From IMG/VR virus record IMGVR_UViG_3300017767_000007: a stretch of 64,000 nt of DNA; one strand, 5' to 3'. Below the pieces are notes generated by a model. That model had not been told where the DNA came from, made no database searches, and saw nothing but the letters and a program-made list of their open reading frames with translations. The DNA is from an uncultured virus (IMG/VR IMGVR_UViG_3300017767_000007) (lineage: Duplodnaviria > Heunggongvirae > Uroviricota > Caudoviricetes). The position numbers and the translations under genes are program-made. Positions 18,516 through 28,761 of the stretch are shown here, piece by piece; position 1 is the first letter of the stretch; each line of letters opens with the position of its first letter.

Positions 18516-18861
18516 TTTGAATGCAAAAGGCAGAACAGCAGTTTTTGATATGCTTGGAAGTCAGTTAATTACAGGTAAAGAATATCAATTCTTTGTCGCT
18601 GATAAGGATATGGCACTTCAGGGGCAACTCGATGATAATAAACTCGTAGCATTTCAGGTATGGCCTGGTGACGGCTCAACCCTCTTCATGTCCTTACGCT
18701 CAAATAGAATCGTATCTGAAAGAACGGCTGGTTTAATGGCTGTAAAGATGATTATTGACTGGTGTGAAGACCAAGAAGAGCTCGATTCAGGGGCAATTTC
18801 AGACAACCTCTATGACTTCTTAGAAACAGACGAAGGGAAAGCCCTGTGGGAGGGAAACTGA
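18508..18861 (+). CDS. Hypothetical protein
   Basis: GGAGG RBS. Confidence 0.6.
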   Translation: MSDLNAKGRTAVFDMLGSQLITGKEYQFFVADKDMALQGQLDDNKLVAFQVWPGDGSTLFMSLRSNRIVSERTAGLMAVKMIIDWCEDQEELDSGAISDNLYDFLETDEGKALWEGN

Positions 18862-19038
18862 TGGCTCATTACATGTATTGTAGTATTCCTGACTGTGATA
18901 ACAAAACAGATATGATGGGATTTGCTATCTGTTCCTCTTGTTTCCAAAAAGCAGTAGAAATAACACAAAAAGCAGAGGCATCCTCTTAAAATCTTATATA
19001 TTAGTAGGTAATAGCAGTAATAACACACAAAAGAACAG

Positions 19039-19575
19039 GTGAAACGAATGACAGAATTAAGAGGATTAGGATTAAAATGTTGTGGTCAGCAACGCAGGTA
19101 TGACAGAAAGATATTTACTGTGATGGGTTCACAGTCAGGTGCGGGACTATCAATGAGTTGTATCTGCGGTTATTGTGGTGCTTCACATCAGGTTAAACTT
19201 CCATACCCTCATTTTATCAGGCATCTTCCGATAAAAGACCAGATAGAATCTCTTAGCCACCACATGATACATTCGCAGATAGGCGGTCAGTATTGGTATA
19301 GTGTCAGGAAGATGCAAAGAAAGCACAGCATCGGCCAGCATAAGCAAATGCTCGACGCAGAAACCGATGAATTACACCACGCAAGAGGTTCTGATACAAG
19401 AAAATTCTTCAACCAATTAGAGCGTGAACTCATGGATAGGAATCTGGGGCTCGCATCCAAGAAACAGCAACTTAATTATTGGGACAGGAAGCACAGGCGT
19501 ATGGAACACTTTGATGAGAAGTGGGAGAAATTTATCGCAGGTCACAACCTATCGGAGGTGTTGTATTGGCAATAA
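19039..19575 (+). CDS. Hypothetical Cys/His-rich protein
   Basis: Own promoter; likely ATG 19048. Confidence 0.6.
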   Translation: MKRMTELRGLGLKCCGQQRRYDRKIFTVMGSQSGAGLSMSCICGYCGASHQVKLPYPHFIRHLPIKDQIESLSHHMIHSQIGGQYWYSVRKMQRKHSIGQHKQMLDAETDELHHARGSDTRKFFNQLERELMDRNLGLASKKQQLNYWDRKHRRMEHFDEKWEKFIAGHNLSEVLYWQ

Positions 19576-19964
19576 ATCTGTGGAAATTGGAGGACTACAA
19601 AGAATACCTCAGCGACTTAGGTTGGTCTGATGAAAGAATTGAAGATGAGGCCGAATACCGCTTTACAGATGTTCAGGGTGAACAAATCAAATACAGGATT
19701 AGACCTGACGGCTCATGGCATTGGCAGGAATTGTGTGATACAGGCGGATATTGGGAGCCAATAGAGGACCTAACAGAACACCTCCTATGGTATTTCAAAT
19801 ATACAGAAGGCGAGGGATTTAGATGTGTCTGTCATGATTCTCAATTCCTCACACTCAAATTAGTAAAGAACCCTGAAGGGTCTGAATACCCATACAGGTA
19901 TGAAGCAGATGATGACTGCGTATGCTGTCACCACAACAAAACTGATGCAGGAGTCCCCTCTTAA
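19521..19964 (+). CDS. Hypothetical acidic protein
   Basis: ORF track; true start probably later. Confidence 0.55.
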   Translation: MGEIYRRSQPIGGVVLAINLWKLEDYKEYLSDLGWSDERIEDEAEYRFTDVQGEQIKYRIRPDGSWHWQELCDTGGYWEPIEDLTEHLLWYFKYTEGEGFRCVCHDSQFLTLKLVKNPEGSEYPYRYEADDDCVCCHHNKTDAGVPS

Positions 19965-20022
19965 AACCTTATATATGATGACTAACTAACTCATAATAAC
20001 CGAAAAAAGAACAGGTGATGTA

Positions 20023-21189
20023 ATGAATGAAACAGATTTAGATATAGCAATGGGTATGCTGGAAGATGATGCAAAGGCCAGCAAAGCCCGTCAAGAACGC
20101 AGGAATAAAGCCATTGGGCGAAGGAAAGAGATAGAGGAAGAGTTTACAAGCAGGGTCATTGAAGCCCTTGAATCAGGCTCACCTCTTGGAAAGTGGGATA
20201 TAGGCCACAATGCTGCTGACCATCTTGGCGGAGGCTTCCCTCTTAACTTCAAAACAGGCAAACATTATCGTGGTATAAATGTATTTTTCCTGTGGTTTGC
20301 TCAAATGGATTCTGGAGGCTCATCTAAGTGGGGAACGAGGAAACAATGGTTCGACTATCTCCAAAGACTCTATGACAGCATTACCAAGAAGATGCCTGAA
20401 CACATGAAACCAGATATCAACCAATTCATACCTGAGGCTGGCGAGGGTTCACCTATTGTATTCTATAAGCCTGTTAAGGGTAAGAAGAAGGACAAGGCAA
20501 CAGGCAAACTCACTGACAAGGATGCCTGGATTCCGATGATGCGAGTTTATGAAGTATTCAATCAGGGGCAACTCAAACTTGACCCTGTTCTCAAAGCAAT
20601 GATGGGTCTGGAGGCACCAAGAGAATTACCTGAAGATGAAAGGGAAGCGAGGTGTTGGCAGATTGTTAATGATTATGTCAAGCGAACAGGTATCACCATA
20701 GAGCATAAAGGCACTTCCTCATATAACATGGATTCTGGAGGTAAAGATAAGAAGGGTCTGGTTGTGACTCCCGAAAGGGACTTCTTCAAGACACCAGCAA
20801 TATTCTGGGGTCATCTGTGGCACGAATTAGTGCATTCAACAGGTCACGCTCTTAGACTTAACCGACCTAAATCCTCCAACCTCAACACATGGACTGAAGA
20901 TGATTATGCTGACGATGAGATGTGGGATAAGTTATCTCGTGAAGGCTCTTATGCAAGGGAAGAACTCGTAGCGGAATTAGGTGCTGGTATGCTATGCCTG
21001 ATGATGGGCTTTGAATACGACACCAGACATGCAATATACCTCAAGTCATGGATTGCTGCTCTTAATGACGACCACTCAATGATTATCAGGATGGCTACGG
21101 CTGCTCAAAAGGCTCTTGACCTCATCTTAGGAACTGAATACGACAATAAGGAGGACGCTGAAGATGGCGCTGAAACCTCCGAATCCTGA
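20023..21189 (+). CDS. ardC: ArdC-like ssDNA-binding antirestriction protein with zincin domain
   Basis: PLNFKTGKHYRGIN, YEVFN, HELVHSTGH, YAREELVAELGA, YLKSW motifs. Confidence 0.85.
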   Translation: MNETDLDIAMGMLEDDAKASKARQERRNKAIGRRKEIEEEFTSRVIEALESGSPLGKWDIGHNAADHLGGGFPLNFKTGKHYRGINVFFLWFAQMDSGGSSKWGTRKQWFDYLQRLYDSITKKMPEHMKPDINQFIPEAGEGSPIVFYKPVKGKKKDKATGKLTDKDAWIPMMRVYEVFNQGQLKLDPVLKAMMGLEAPRELPEDEREARCWQIVNDYVKRTGITIEHKGTSSYNMDSGGKDKKGLVVTPERDFFKTPAIFWGHLWHELVHSTGHALRLNRPKSSNLNTWTEDDYADDEMWDKLSREGSYAREELVAELGAGMLCLMMGFEYDTRHAIYLKSWIAALNDDHSMIIRMATAAQKALDLILGTEYDNKEDAEDGAETSES

Positions 21190-21577
21190 AACCGAAAGGA
21201 TATTGATTGAGTTGCAAGAGGAACAGAAGCAACTATACGATTCAATTAACAGGATAAGCCACTTAACTGCTTATGCAGAAGTAAAAAAATTATTTCATGC
21301 TCACCATACAGAAGACCTGTATAGATTCATCCAAAATGTAAATGCAGAATTTACAACAGTAAGGGGAGAGATACTCGCAATGAATAATACCCTGTGCCAA
21401 TGCGGTTGCAGAAGATGCTCAGGCCTTGACTTCCAGACTTATACACACTATAACATAGAAAAAGGAGGTAATATTACCCTGACATTGTGTGGCATGTGTC
21501 GCTCAAACGCTTGTGGACCTCATGTAAAGTCAAACGACTCGCAACGATATATACCTTCAAGGACTGGTTGGTGCTGA
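21164..21577 (+). CDS. Hypothetical protein with Zn-binding C-terminus
   Basis: ORF track. Confidence 0.55.
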   Translation: MALKPPNPETERILIELQEEQKQLYDSINRISHLTAYAEVKKLFHAHHTEDLYRFIQNVNAEFTTVRGEILAMNNTLCQCGCRRCSGLDFQTYTHYNIEKGGNITLTLCGMCRSNACGPHVKSNDSQRYIPSRTGWC

Positions 21578-21864
21578 TGGAAACTACTGATGATGTCAAA
21601 GAGTGGAATCCTGAAAAGCATTATTCTCTATTCACTATGAACTGTGAGTTGTGTGAGGCTCACGACTACTTAATTTTCAGCGAGGTCTTGAAACTTTTTT
21701 GCTGTGAAAAATGCTACAACAATCTGGGAGGGAAAGACTGATGAAAAAGAGAACCAGATGCTTCTCCGATTTAGACGGTATTATACCCCAACCCAAAAAA
21801 CTAATCAGAAAAATCCTGCTAAAGACTTATATACTAAGACGGACTAACTCAAAATAACGGACAA

Positions 21865-22458
21865 GTGAAGAAAATGCCTAACCATTGCCAGAATACACTG
21901 ATAATTACAGCCCATACCAATGATAAATTAGATGAGGTAATACAACATCTAATGACAGAAGAACAGGACTTATCCTTTTCTAAGATTGCTCCTCCTCCTA
22001 ATGACCCAGCATACCGTGATGAACCAAGTCAGGGTGAAGTAAGGCATTCTCCTAATTGGTGGTATAACTGGAATGTTGAAAACTGGGGAACAAAGTGGGA
22101 CTGTTATGAAGTCAATATGAGAAGACCTGACTACAACCCCGAATGGGGAGAGAAGCCTCATGTAGTATATCAATTTGAAACAGCGTGGTCTCCTCCAAAC
22201 GAAACCCTCATATCTTACCTATCACACTTATTCCCTGAAGTAACTGTTGTTAATTGGTTTCAAGAAACAGGGATGGACTTTGCAGGGCATGGTGTATATG
22301 TCAATGGTCAGCAAACAGAATTCCAAGAATACAAACCCAATGTGCAGGAAAGTGATTTAGTCTGGAAAGGCCAACATAGATTGCCTGAAATTATACAAGA
22401 AAGAAAAGAAACTCAACTGGTAAAGAAGGGATTAAAAGATTTGGAGGAAGAAGAATGA
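21865..22458 (+). CDS. DUF1281/YubB-like ferredoxin-fold protein
   Basis: MPNHCQN start (ATG 21874), WYNWNVENWGTKW, FETAWSPP. Confidence 0.8.
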   Translation: MKKMPNHCQNTLIITAHTNDKLDEVIQHLMTEEQDLSFSKIAPPPNDPAYRDEPSQGEVRHSPNWWYNWNVENWGTKWDCYEVNMRRPDYNPEWGEKPHVVYQFETAWSPPNETLISYLSHLFPEVTVVNWFQETGMDFAGHGVYVNGQQTEFQEYKPNVQESDLVWKGQHRLPEIIQERKETQLVKKGLKDLEEEE

Positions 22459-22691
22459 AAACATCAAGACAGAAGAAAGCAGCAAACGCTCGTTTCAGAA
22501 GCAAATACAAGAGGCATGTTCGTAAAGGAGCAAAAGACTTAGAAGTTTCAGAAGCAGGTGTTTCACTAATAAGATTGGAGGAAGAGGAATGAAATCCGAA
22601 TGGCAATGGATGCTCATGTGCTCAAAATGCCTACACAGCGTAGGATATTGTGCATCTCATGGTTGTAACAATCAGGTAAAACTTAATATAG

Positions 22692-23372
22692 TTGATAAGG
22701 GGTGGAGTTAATATGGGAACAAGAACAAACATCAGCATTACGACTGAAGGAAAGTATAGACCAGAACAACAAATGATGATTTACAGGCACTATGACGGTT
22801 ATCCTGAATCGGTTATGCCTGACTTACTCACCTTAGTCAATATACATCTTAAAAATGAGCATCTAACTGTTTCACCAAACAAAACGAAGCAGACCTTAGA
22901 CTTCATCAGCAGCAATGTCACAGGGTTGCTCAAGCAAGCACCCGTTCAAAAGGCAGGTGAAGAAATAAAGCCTCGCCTATTGGGACAATTCCAAACAAAA
23001 ATCAGCCAATACGAAGAAACAGATGGTTTGCATGGTGATATAGAATACTTTTATGAGGTAGAACTGATACCCCAATTTGCTACAATCGAAGTTCATGAGG
23101 TGTCATACCCTAAGAATGACGATGGAGAATATGACTGGTCAATCCCAATGGAAGATAGACTCAAATCAGTTGCCAAGTTTGTCTTCTCACCTAAAGATAC
23201 TATCGGCAATCAGGAATTGATTGACTATATCAAACAAGAACCTGCACTTTACAATTGTGGGTTCAACAGAAGCGAAGTCCTAAATCAGAATGCTGAAGCA
23301 TGGCGGTATATTCCTGCTGATTGGTGGGAAGCCATTGATAGCAGTTCTGCCTGTTACAAACTTAGGCGATAG
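22692..23372 (+). CDS. Conserved phage protein (YRHYDGYP type)
   Basis: MGTRT start (ATG 22713), IYRHYDGYP, HGDIEYFY. Confidence 0.65.
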   Translation: MIRGGVNMGTRTNISITTEGKYRPEQQMMIYRHYDGYPESVMPDLLTLVNIHLKNEHLTVSPNKTKQTLDFISSNVTGLLKQAPVQKAGEEIKPRLLGQFQTKISQYEETDGLHGDIEYFYEVELIPQFATIEVHEVSYPKNDDGEYDWSIPMEDRLKSVAKFVFSPKDTIGNQELIDYIKQEPALYNCGFNRSEVLNQNAEAWRYIPADWWEAIDSSSACYKLRR

Positions 23373-23400
23373 AATTAAATGAATTTCAGTCAATGGAGAG

Positions 23401-23607
23401 GTGATGATAGACCATGAGCCGTTATGTCTTTGGGAATGCTGGTGCTGTGATAAGCAATTTGCATACCCTTCAGCAACAACCCCTCTCGTCTGTCCTTTCT
23501 GCTTTGAGGTTGGAGTTATACATTTTGTTGATAACCTTGAGGAGCCTGAATGGCGACCCATTGATGATGCAGAGGACATAGACGACGAGGTTGAATATTA
23601 TGAGTAA
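23401..23607 (+). CDS. Zinc-ribbon protein
   Basis: CWCC...CPFC. Confidence 0.5.
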   Translation: MMIDHEPLCLWECWCCDKQFAYPSATTPLVCPFCFEVGVIHFVDNLEEPEWRPIDDAEDIDDEVEYYE

Positions 23608-23905
23608 AACGAGAAGAAGAGGTGCATCAAGCATCCGTGTGAAAAGAGAGATTGTTGAGATATTGAAAAGTAATCCTGATGGACTGCCATCAACAAAAAT
23701 CATGGAAAAACTGAAAGAAAGTAAAATGAGCCGTAAGGCTTGTCCTTCAGGTGTTCAGTTAGGTCAAATACTTAGAGGAACATTAGGTGTCAGCAATGTG
23801 GGTCATACCTATGAATTTGCTGGCGAATCAAAAGTAAAGTATGTTCTGTGGCAACTCACCGACCTCCCAAAGTTTGAAGCATGGTGCGAAAGGAGGCTTG
23901 ACTAA
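23591..23905 (+). CDS. Winged-helix-like DNA-binding protein
   Basis: IVEILKSNPDGLPSTKIME pattern; basic. Confidence 0.5.
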   Translation: MNIMSKTRRRGASSIRVKREIVEILKSNPDGLPSTKIMEKLKESKMSRKACPSGVQLGQILRGTLGVSNVGHTYEFAGESKVKYVLWQLTDLPKFEAWCERRLD

Positions 23906-24735
23906 TGGTGGTAAATGCCCTGTTAGGAACTCACACTATCATTTTTTCATCAGACGAAATGGAGTTTGTTGATTATCAGCCTGTGACAAAAACAAAAGGT
24001 AATATCATAAACACTCCTCAACTGCTAATTAAAGTTAGAGGATGCGATATTCAGGTTAGGGGTAAAATACTAATCAAAAAACTGGTAATGCTCATGGTCG
24101 AAAAATACAGCGAATATGAAGGTATATGGGACTTCATTATCAGCGAAAGGGGCAGGATTGATGATGCTGAATGCCCAAGTTTCATTGAAGAGATAGCCCA
24201 TGAACAAGCCCATAACAAGCCCGTTTTTATGTCGGTGGTGGTATCACCCACCGAAGGCAAAAGGTCGCCACATAGCCCCATTTATGGGTCATTCTCGGCC
24301 ATGTTTATCGAAGGGTCAAACCCCTATCATTCAAGGACTAATAACGATTGGTTGGCAGATTTCATTCCTTCTCTATCCTTCCGCTACGGCAGGAAGTTGT
24401 GGCGTGGTTCGCAGGGCACACGCATGATTGAGGCATCGGAATCAGATTTGCACACGGAAAACCCTGCATCCTTAACACTATACGACTTCGGAAAGAGCAT
24501 AGGAGTTTCATCTCGATTTAATTGTGGGATAAGACCTCACCTAATAATAGAAGTCAAAAAGGAGTCGGAAAATTATATGTCTGATTTGAAAAAGGCCGTG
24601 ATTGAATCTGTAGCATCAGCACAAAGGCTCGACAAAAAGTTCTGGTATGGTGAATTTAGAGATATACCAAAGCCAAACTCAACTATGAGTAGTTTGGATA
24701 TTGACAAGTGGGAGTATTCCTCTTGGGATTTGTGA
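23905..24735 (+). CDS. Hypothetical protein
   Basis: ORF track. Confidence 0.65.
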   Translation: MVVNALLGTHTIIFSSDEMEFVDYQPVTKTKGNIINTPQLLIKVRGCDIQVRGKILIKKLVMLMVEKYSEYEGIWDFIISERGRIDDAECPSFIEEIAHEQAHNKPVFMSVVVSPTEGKRSPHSPIYGSFSAMFIEGSNPYHSRTNNDWLADFIPSLSFRYGRKLWRGSQGTRMIEASESDLHTENPASLTLYDFGKSIGVSSRFNCGIRPHLIIEVKKESENYMSDLKKAVIESVASAQRLDKKFWYGEFRDIPKPNSTMSSLDIDKWEYSSWDL

Positions 24736-24739
24736 TTTC

Positions 24740-25000
24740 TCGGTTATTATTTTTTTATATTTCTATCAGTCAGAAAAGAATAAATGGGGCGCTGTGCATC
24801 GGTTTTCTTATTTCTTTATTTATCTCAAGGGGTGGGGGCATATGATAACATCAAATAATCAGACTATACTATTATTATTATACTCTAAATCATCTTATGT
24901 AATTATTAAAAATAAAAGTAATCTCCCACGCTATGCAACGATTAATTCTTTTTGTAAATCGAGTAAAATAAAAAAATTAATTCCGATATGTATATTAACC
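24740..25000. promoter_or_regulatory. AT-rich element, candidate replication origin
   Basis: Non-coding; upstream of helicase operon; inverted similarity to 6850-7200. Confidence 0.5.
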
Positions 25001-25033
25001 TTCAATTCAAAGATAAAAATACGGGGCGATTGA

Positions 25034-25861
25034 ATGGCACTAAACAACTTTGACAGCACTTCAGACTTAGATGTAATAGAATACGATTGGCAGATTAGTC
25101 CAACACCCAAACGCATATACATTACAATTTCCAGCGAACCTGCCTTTGGCGGTCTGCTTATATCAAATGGTATTATTGGTAATAGAAAGCCTGTAGTAAA
25201 ATTTCACTCTAAGTGGTTCTATGACTCAACCTTTGGGCATAATAGCATGAAAATGGGAGATACAGGTGCATGTCTATACAAACTCAAGGGCGACAATTAC
25301 TTCTTAGAACTCGCAAATTGGCGACCATTCAATCTACATGACCCTGCTGCTGATTGGCTTTCGACTTATCCCCTTGTATCTGGTATATGCAAGTGGCTTT
25401 ATAGCAATCAATTTACAGAAGTTGTATCGCTATCCTCATCCGTCATACATGGATTTATTGACAGTCCAAAGTATTTACAATTCCCACCTGAAGAATTATA
25501 CATTCTTGACACTCAATCAGCCAAATACATACAAAAACCTGCCAAACCAAAAAACAAGAAACAACAGTTAATGCTGTCCCCACCACACTATCTCTTTACA
25601 AGGGTATGGGCTGAATACCTACCAACAGGGAAGTCATTAAATGTAGTCGCAGGGTCTGAAGGTATAGATAGCATAGACATTAAATCAGTAAATACATTAT
25701 CCACTTGGCTTAGGAGTCAAGGCATAACAATATCTCAAAAATCCATAGACAAGACTTACGCTGAAATAAAGAAAGCACAAAAAGAAGAATCTGTCGCTAT
25801 CTCGGAAAACCTTATAAGCAATAAGGTTAAGCCTTCAAATAACGGGGTGATGTATGGATGA
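25034..25861 (+). CDS. PAC2 (proteasome assembly chaperone)-like protein
   Basis: Pattern resemblance (GGLLISNGII...YPLVSGICKWL...FTEVVSLSS). Confidence 0.45.
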   Translation: MALNNFDSTSDLDVIEYDWQISPTPKRIYITISSEPAFGGLLISNGIIGNRKPVVKFHSKWFYDSTFGHNSMKMGDTGACLYKLKGDNYFLELANWRPFNLHDPAADWLSTYPLVSGICKWLYSNQFTEVVSLSSSVIHGFIDSPKYLQFPPEELYILDTQSAKYIQKPAKPKNKKQQLMLSPPHYLFTRVWAEYLPTGKSLNVVAGSEGIDSIDIKSVNTLSTWLRSQGITISQKSIDKTYAEIKKAQKEESVAISENLISNKVKPSNNGVMYG

Positions 25862-27222
25862 CCGACATAACTAATATATTTCATAGTGTTCAGGAATTTT
25901 GTGATGGAAACCATCTTATTGATGTAGCAGACAAAGTTCCCATATTCGTATGTAGCATAGGTGCTCACATCTTCAATGCTATCAATAAATGCTCAAGATG
26001 CGACTTTGACCCTATTAAGGTTGAAAACCCTGAAGACTTTACTATTGACTATTGCCCTCTTAGGCATGACAATAATCCAATTTACACTCCAATGTCACAA
26101 TTGGCTGACACAAGAGTTCACATTCTAATTCGTGGTGACAAAGGTTCAGGTAAGTCTGCTCTTATCAAGATGTTCTTAGCCGAAGGAACAGGATTATTGC
26201 ATCATAAGGATGCTTTTACTGCGGGTGTAGGTTTTCGTGCCATGACAGGTCCGAACTCAGTTACCGAATCGGGTTTGTTTGGTTCTGTTCAAGAAGACGG
26301 AACGATAGCAGGTCGCCCTTTGGCTCGTGAATTGTGTGGTGGATTCTTAGGCTTTGAAGAATTTTCTTCTCTTACTGATGCTATGCGTAAAGACCATAGC
26401 GTTGATATGAAGAATCAATTGCTCACTTCAACAGACAATGGTCGTGTAATGAAGGCATTGAAGCAGGGTTGGGTTCGATACAATACCCGATACACTATAT
26501 GGGCTGGTACTCAGCCTGGTCGTTTTGAAATGGCTTCTGGTCTTGACCGACGATTCTTTATTCTGGATATTGATATGTCCCCCTCCAAAGAACAAGTGTT
26601 CAAACAGGCTATGGCTAAACAATCAGCCATGACAAGTGCTACAAGGGCGGAGTTAGCCTCGCTCGCTATTGACATAAAAGAATGGGTTAAATCTCGTATG
26701 ACCGATGCTATACTCAACCCACCAACGGGTGTATGTTTTTCAGATGAATTGACCGAATGGATTCAACAACCTGCGGTTCGTTCTTTTGAATCAGACCTAT
26801 TCCGCAGATTGGCTATTGGTTATACCATGATGAAACCTGAATACAAGGGTGGTCAGATTCTTATGGTTGAATTAGATGAGCCTTTGCTTGAATTGTTAGA
26901 TGATTCGCTCAAGATGCGACGAAATGTTATGGATGCAGACTTGGCTCTAATCAAGGCATCTCTTTGGGGCAAAGATGTTGCGAAGTCCACTCTTATTAAA
27001 GAAGTATCTCGCATGGTAACTTCGGGTGACTATCAACAGGCAAAGCGTTGGATTGAAGATAACCTACATCATCAGTCTTGGTTTGAAGAATTTATTCCAC
27101 CATCTTCAGGTCGTGGTCGTAAAGGTGTCATTTGTCGTATAGGGTTCAAGAATCAGCAAATGGATGCTACTAATACAAGGGAAGTCACAACTCAAAAACT
27201 TCAATGGGGGCAAAAGCAATGA
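25858..27222 (+). CDS. mcm: MCM-like AAA+ replicative helicase
   Basis: HILIRGDKGSGKS, SVTESGLFGSV, GGFLGFEEF, TIWAGTQP, LDRRF. Confidence 0.75.
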   Translation: MTDITNIFHSVQEFCDGNHLIDVADKVPIFVCSIGAHIFNAINKCSRCDFDPIKVENPEDFTIDYCPLRHDNNPIYTPMSQLADTRVHILIRGDKGSGKSALIKMFLAEGTGLLHHKDAFTAGVGFRAMTGPNSVTESGLFGSVQEDGTIAGRPLARELCGGFLGFEEFSSLTDAMRKDHSVDMKNQLLTSTDNGRVMKALKQGWVRYNTRYTIWAGTQPGRFEMASGLDRRFFILDIDMSPSKEQVFKQAMAKQSAMTSATRAELASLAIDIKEWVKSRMTDAILNPPTGVCFSDELTEWIQQPAVRSFESDLFRRLAIGYTMMKPEYKGGQILMVELDEPLLELLDDSLKMRRNVMDADLALIKASLWGKDVAKSTLIKEVSRMVTSGDYQQAKRWIEDNLHHQSWFEEFIPPSSGRGRKGVICRIGFKNQQMDATNTREVTTQKLQWGQKQ

Positions 27223-27872
27223 AGTCGTATAATCAAATAAAGGCTCGATTGGGACAACTTAGAGTCTTAGCGGTGTCTAATACCAACTATTTACCTCTTG
27301 TTGAGGAATTAGAATGGGTTTTAGAATCAATGACAGATTGTCCTCTATGTTCCCATCCCGACAGACTAAAGATTGAATTGTCAATACGAAGTGAAACTGC
27401 CACACCAGAATTTTTGGAAACAAAGTATCGCTGGCCTACGGGAACAGTCATGGAACACATGAATGAACATTTAGAATACAAACCTGAAGAAGGTCAAGCA
27501 ATAGAAGCAATGAGGAAAGATACCATCAATACACTTAATTCAGCAGACAATCTCCTACAACGCATGAATACATGGCTCGATGAATGGGAAGAGAAGAAGG
27601 ATGCAGAAGGTATAACAGAAGAATGGGTTCAAACAGCAACAAGACTCGCTTCCGAATGTAACAGGGGTTTGAAACTCATTGGGACATTGAAGAAGGAGAT
27701 AGGTGTTGATTCACAACTCATGTTGGCCGACAGGAAGATGGATATGGTGATGGGTATATTGGTTCATACCCTGTCCGAACAACCACATCTCTTAGACCAA
27801 ATAGAATTACAAATGTCTGCTCTTAAAGACCCTACTCACATACAAGATGTTGATTATGAGGTGATTGACTAA
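27204..27872 (+). CDS. Zn-finger/HTH helical protein, possible terminase small subunit
   Basis: CPLCSHPDR...HMNEH; C-terminal DVDYEVID; likely ATG 27219. Confidence 0.4.
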   Translation: MGAKAMKSYNQIKARLGQLRVLAVSNTNYLPLVEELEWVLESMTDCPLCSHPDRLKIELSIRSETATPEFLETKYRWPTGTVMEHMNEHLEYKPEEGQAIEAMRKDTINTLNSADNLLQRMNTWLDEWEEKKDAEGITEEWVQTATRLASECNRGLKLIGTLKKEIGVDSQLMLADRKMDMVMGILVHTLSEQPHLLDQIELQMSALKDPTHIQDVDYEVID

Positions 27873-28093
27873 TGGATGACCTCACTATGAAGTGCGACTA
27901 TCCAATTGTTCTCGCCACACTAAATTCAGATGGAATACACTATACGCATACATTTTCAGGTATAGAATGGTGGTATCACGGACAGGAAGGAAGGGTATAT
28001 AAGGTATTACCTTCTCACATCAAGAGAGCGCATACCATAAATGATAGCACATGGCGCAGATTTATTGATTGGTTGGTGAAGGTGAATCCATGA
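27872..28093 (+). CDS. Hypothetical protein
   Basis: GGTGA RBS; coupled. Confidence 0.55.
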   Translation: MDDLTMKCDYPIVLATLNSDGIHYTHTFSGIEWWYHGQEGRVYKVLPSHIKRAHTINDSTWRRFIDWLVKVNP

Positions 28094-28761
28094 CTCTAAT
28101 TTTTACTGCAGACGATACTCCATACAAAGGCGGAGATGTTGTTGTCATGTATAAGTCAATCACTTATCCTCCGACTGCACCAAACACAACCTACATTCTG
28201 CACACTAATAAGGTTGTAATGTCTGATTTGATAGAATGGTTACCTCTTATTTCTTACAGATTAGTTGTAGTAACAGACAAGAAGCCCACTATACCTAAGC
28301 ATTTACAGGATGAAATAGTAATTCACCCATCACTAAACAAGGACAAAACAAACCATTTTAACGCCATCAATCCCATATTCCGATGGTCGGATAGACTAAG
28401 GGTGTTTAATGGCCTTGTAGGTGTCCCTATGCCCCTTATTTTGGCATTCTTGAAAGCGAACCGAACCACCGATATTGAAACCTTCAGACGATTGGCTAAA
28501 TCAACATATACACTCCCAGAGATTTATTCACAGGCTATCTTAGCGTATAGTGTTCAACCTATAAGTGGCAGGGTCGAATGGCCTAAGAAGAATCCGAAGT
28601 CAGATGAGCCAAACTCAACCATATTTAGGCATTCCGATGAATACCAAGACATTATAAGCCTCTATGCTGAAGATGTACTCAATGTCATTAGGGTTATTGC
28701 ACCTGAAGAAGTCCCAAAGGGGCAACCTAAGAGACAAACAAGCATAGTAGAGTGGTTATAG
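28069..28761 (+). CDS. PIP-box protein, possible degenerate clamp-loader large subunit
   Basis: C-terminal QTSIVEWL; likely ATG 28090. Confidence 0.45.
   Translation: MVGEGESMTLIFTADDTPYKGGDVVVMYKSITYPPTAPNTTYILHTNKVVMSDLIEWLPLISYRLVVVTDKKPTIPKHLQDEIVIHPSLNKDKTNHFNAINPIFRWSDRLRVFNGLVGVPMPLILAFLKANRTTDIETFRRLAKSTYTLPEIYSQAILAYSVQPISGRVEWPKKNPKSDEPNSTIFRHSDEYQDIISLYAEDVLNVIRVIAPEEVPKGQPKRQTSIVEWL

Larger units (their letters stand above)
13241..21835. promoter_or_regulatory. Family of archaeal-type early promoters, consensus (CTGC)YAAAACCTTATATA
   Basis: Minus copies near 13241, 14027, 15404, 16477, 17507, 17992; plus copies near 18046, 18986, 19961, 21820; related sites near 29321 and 31996. 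Confidence 0.75.
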
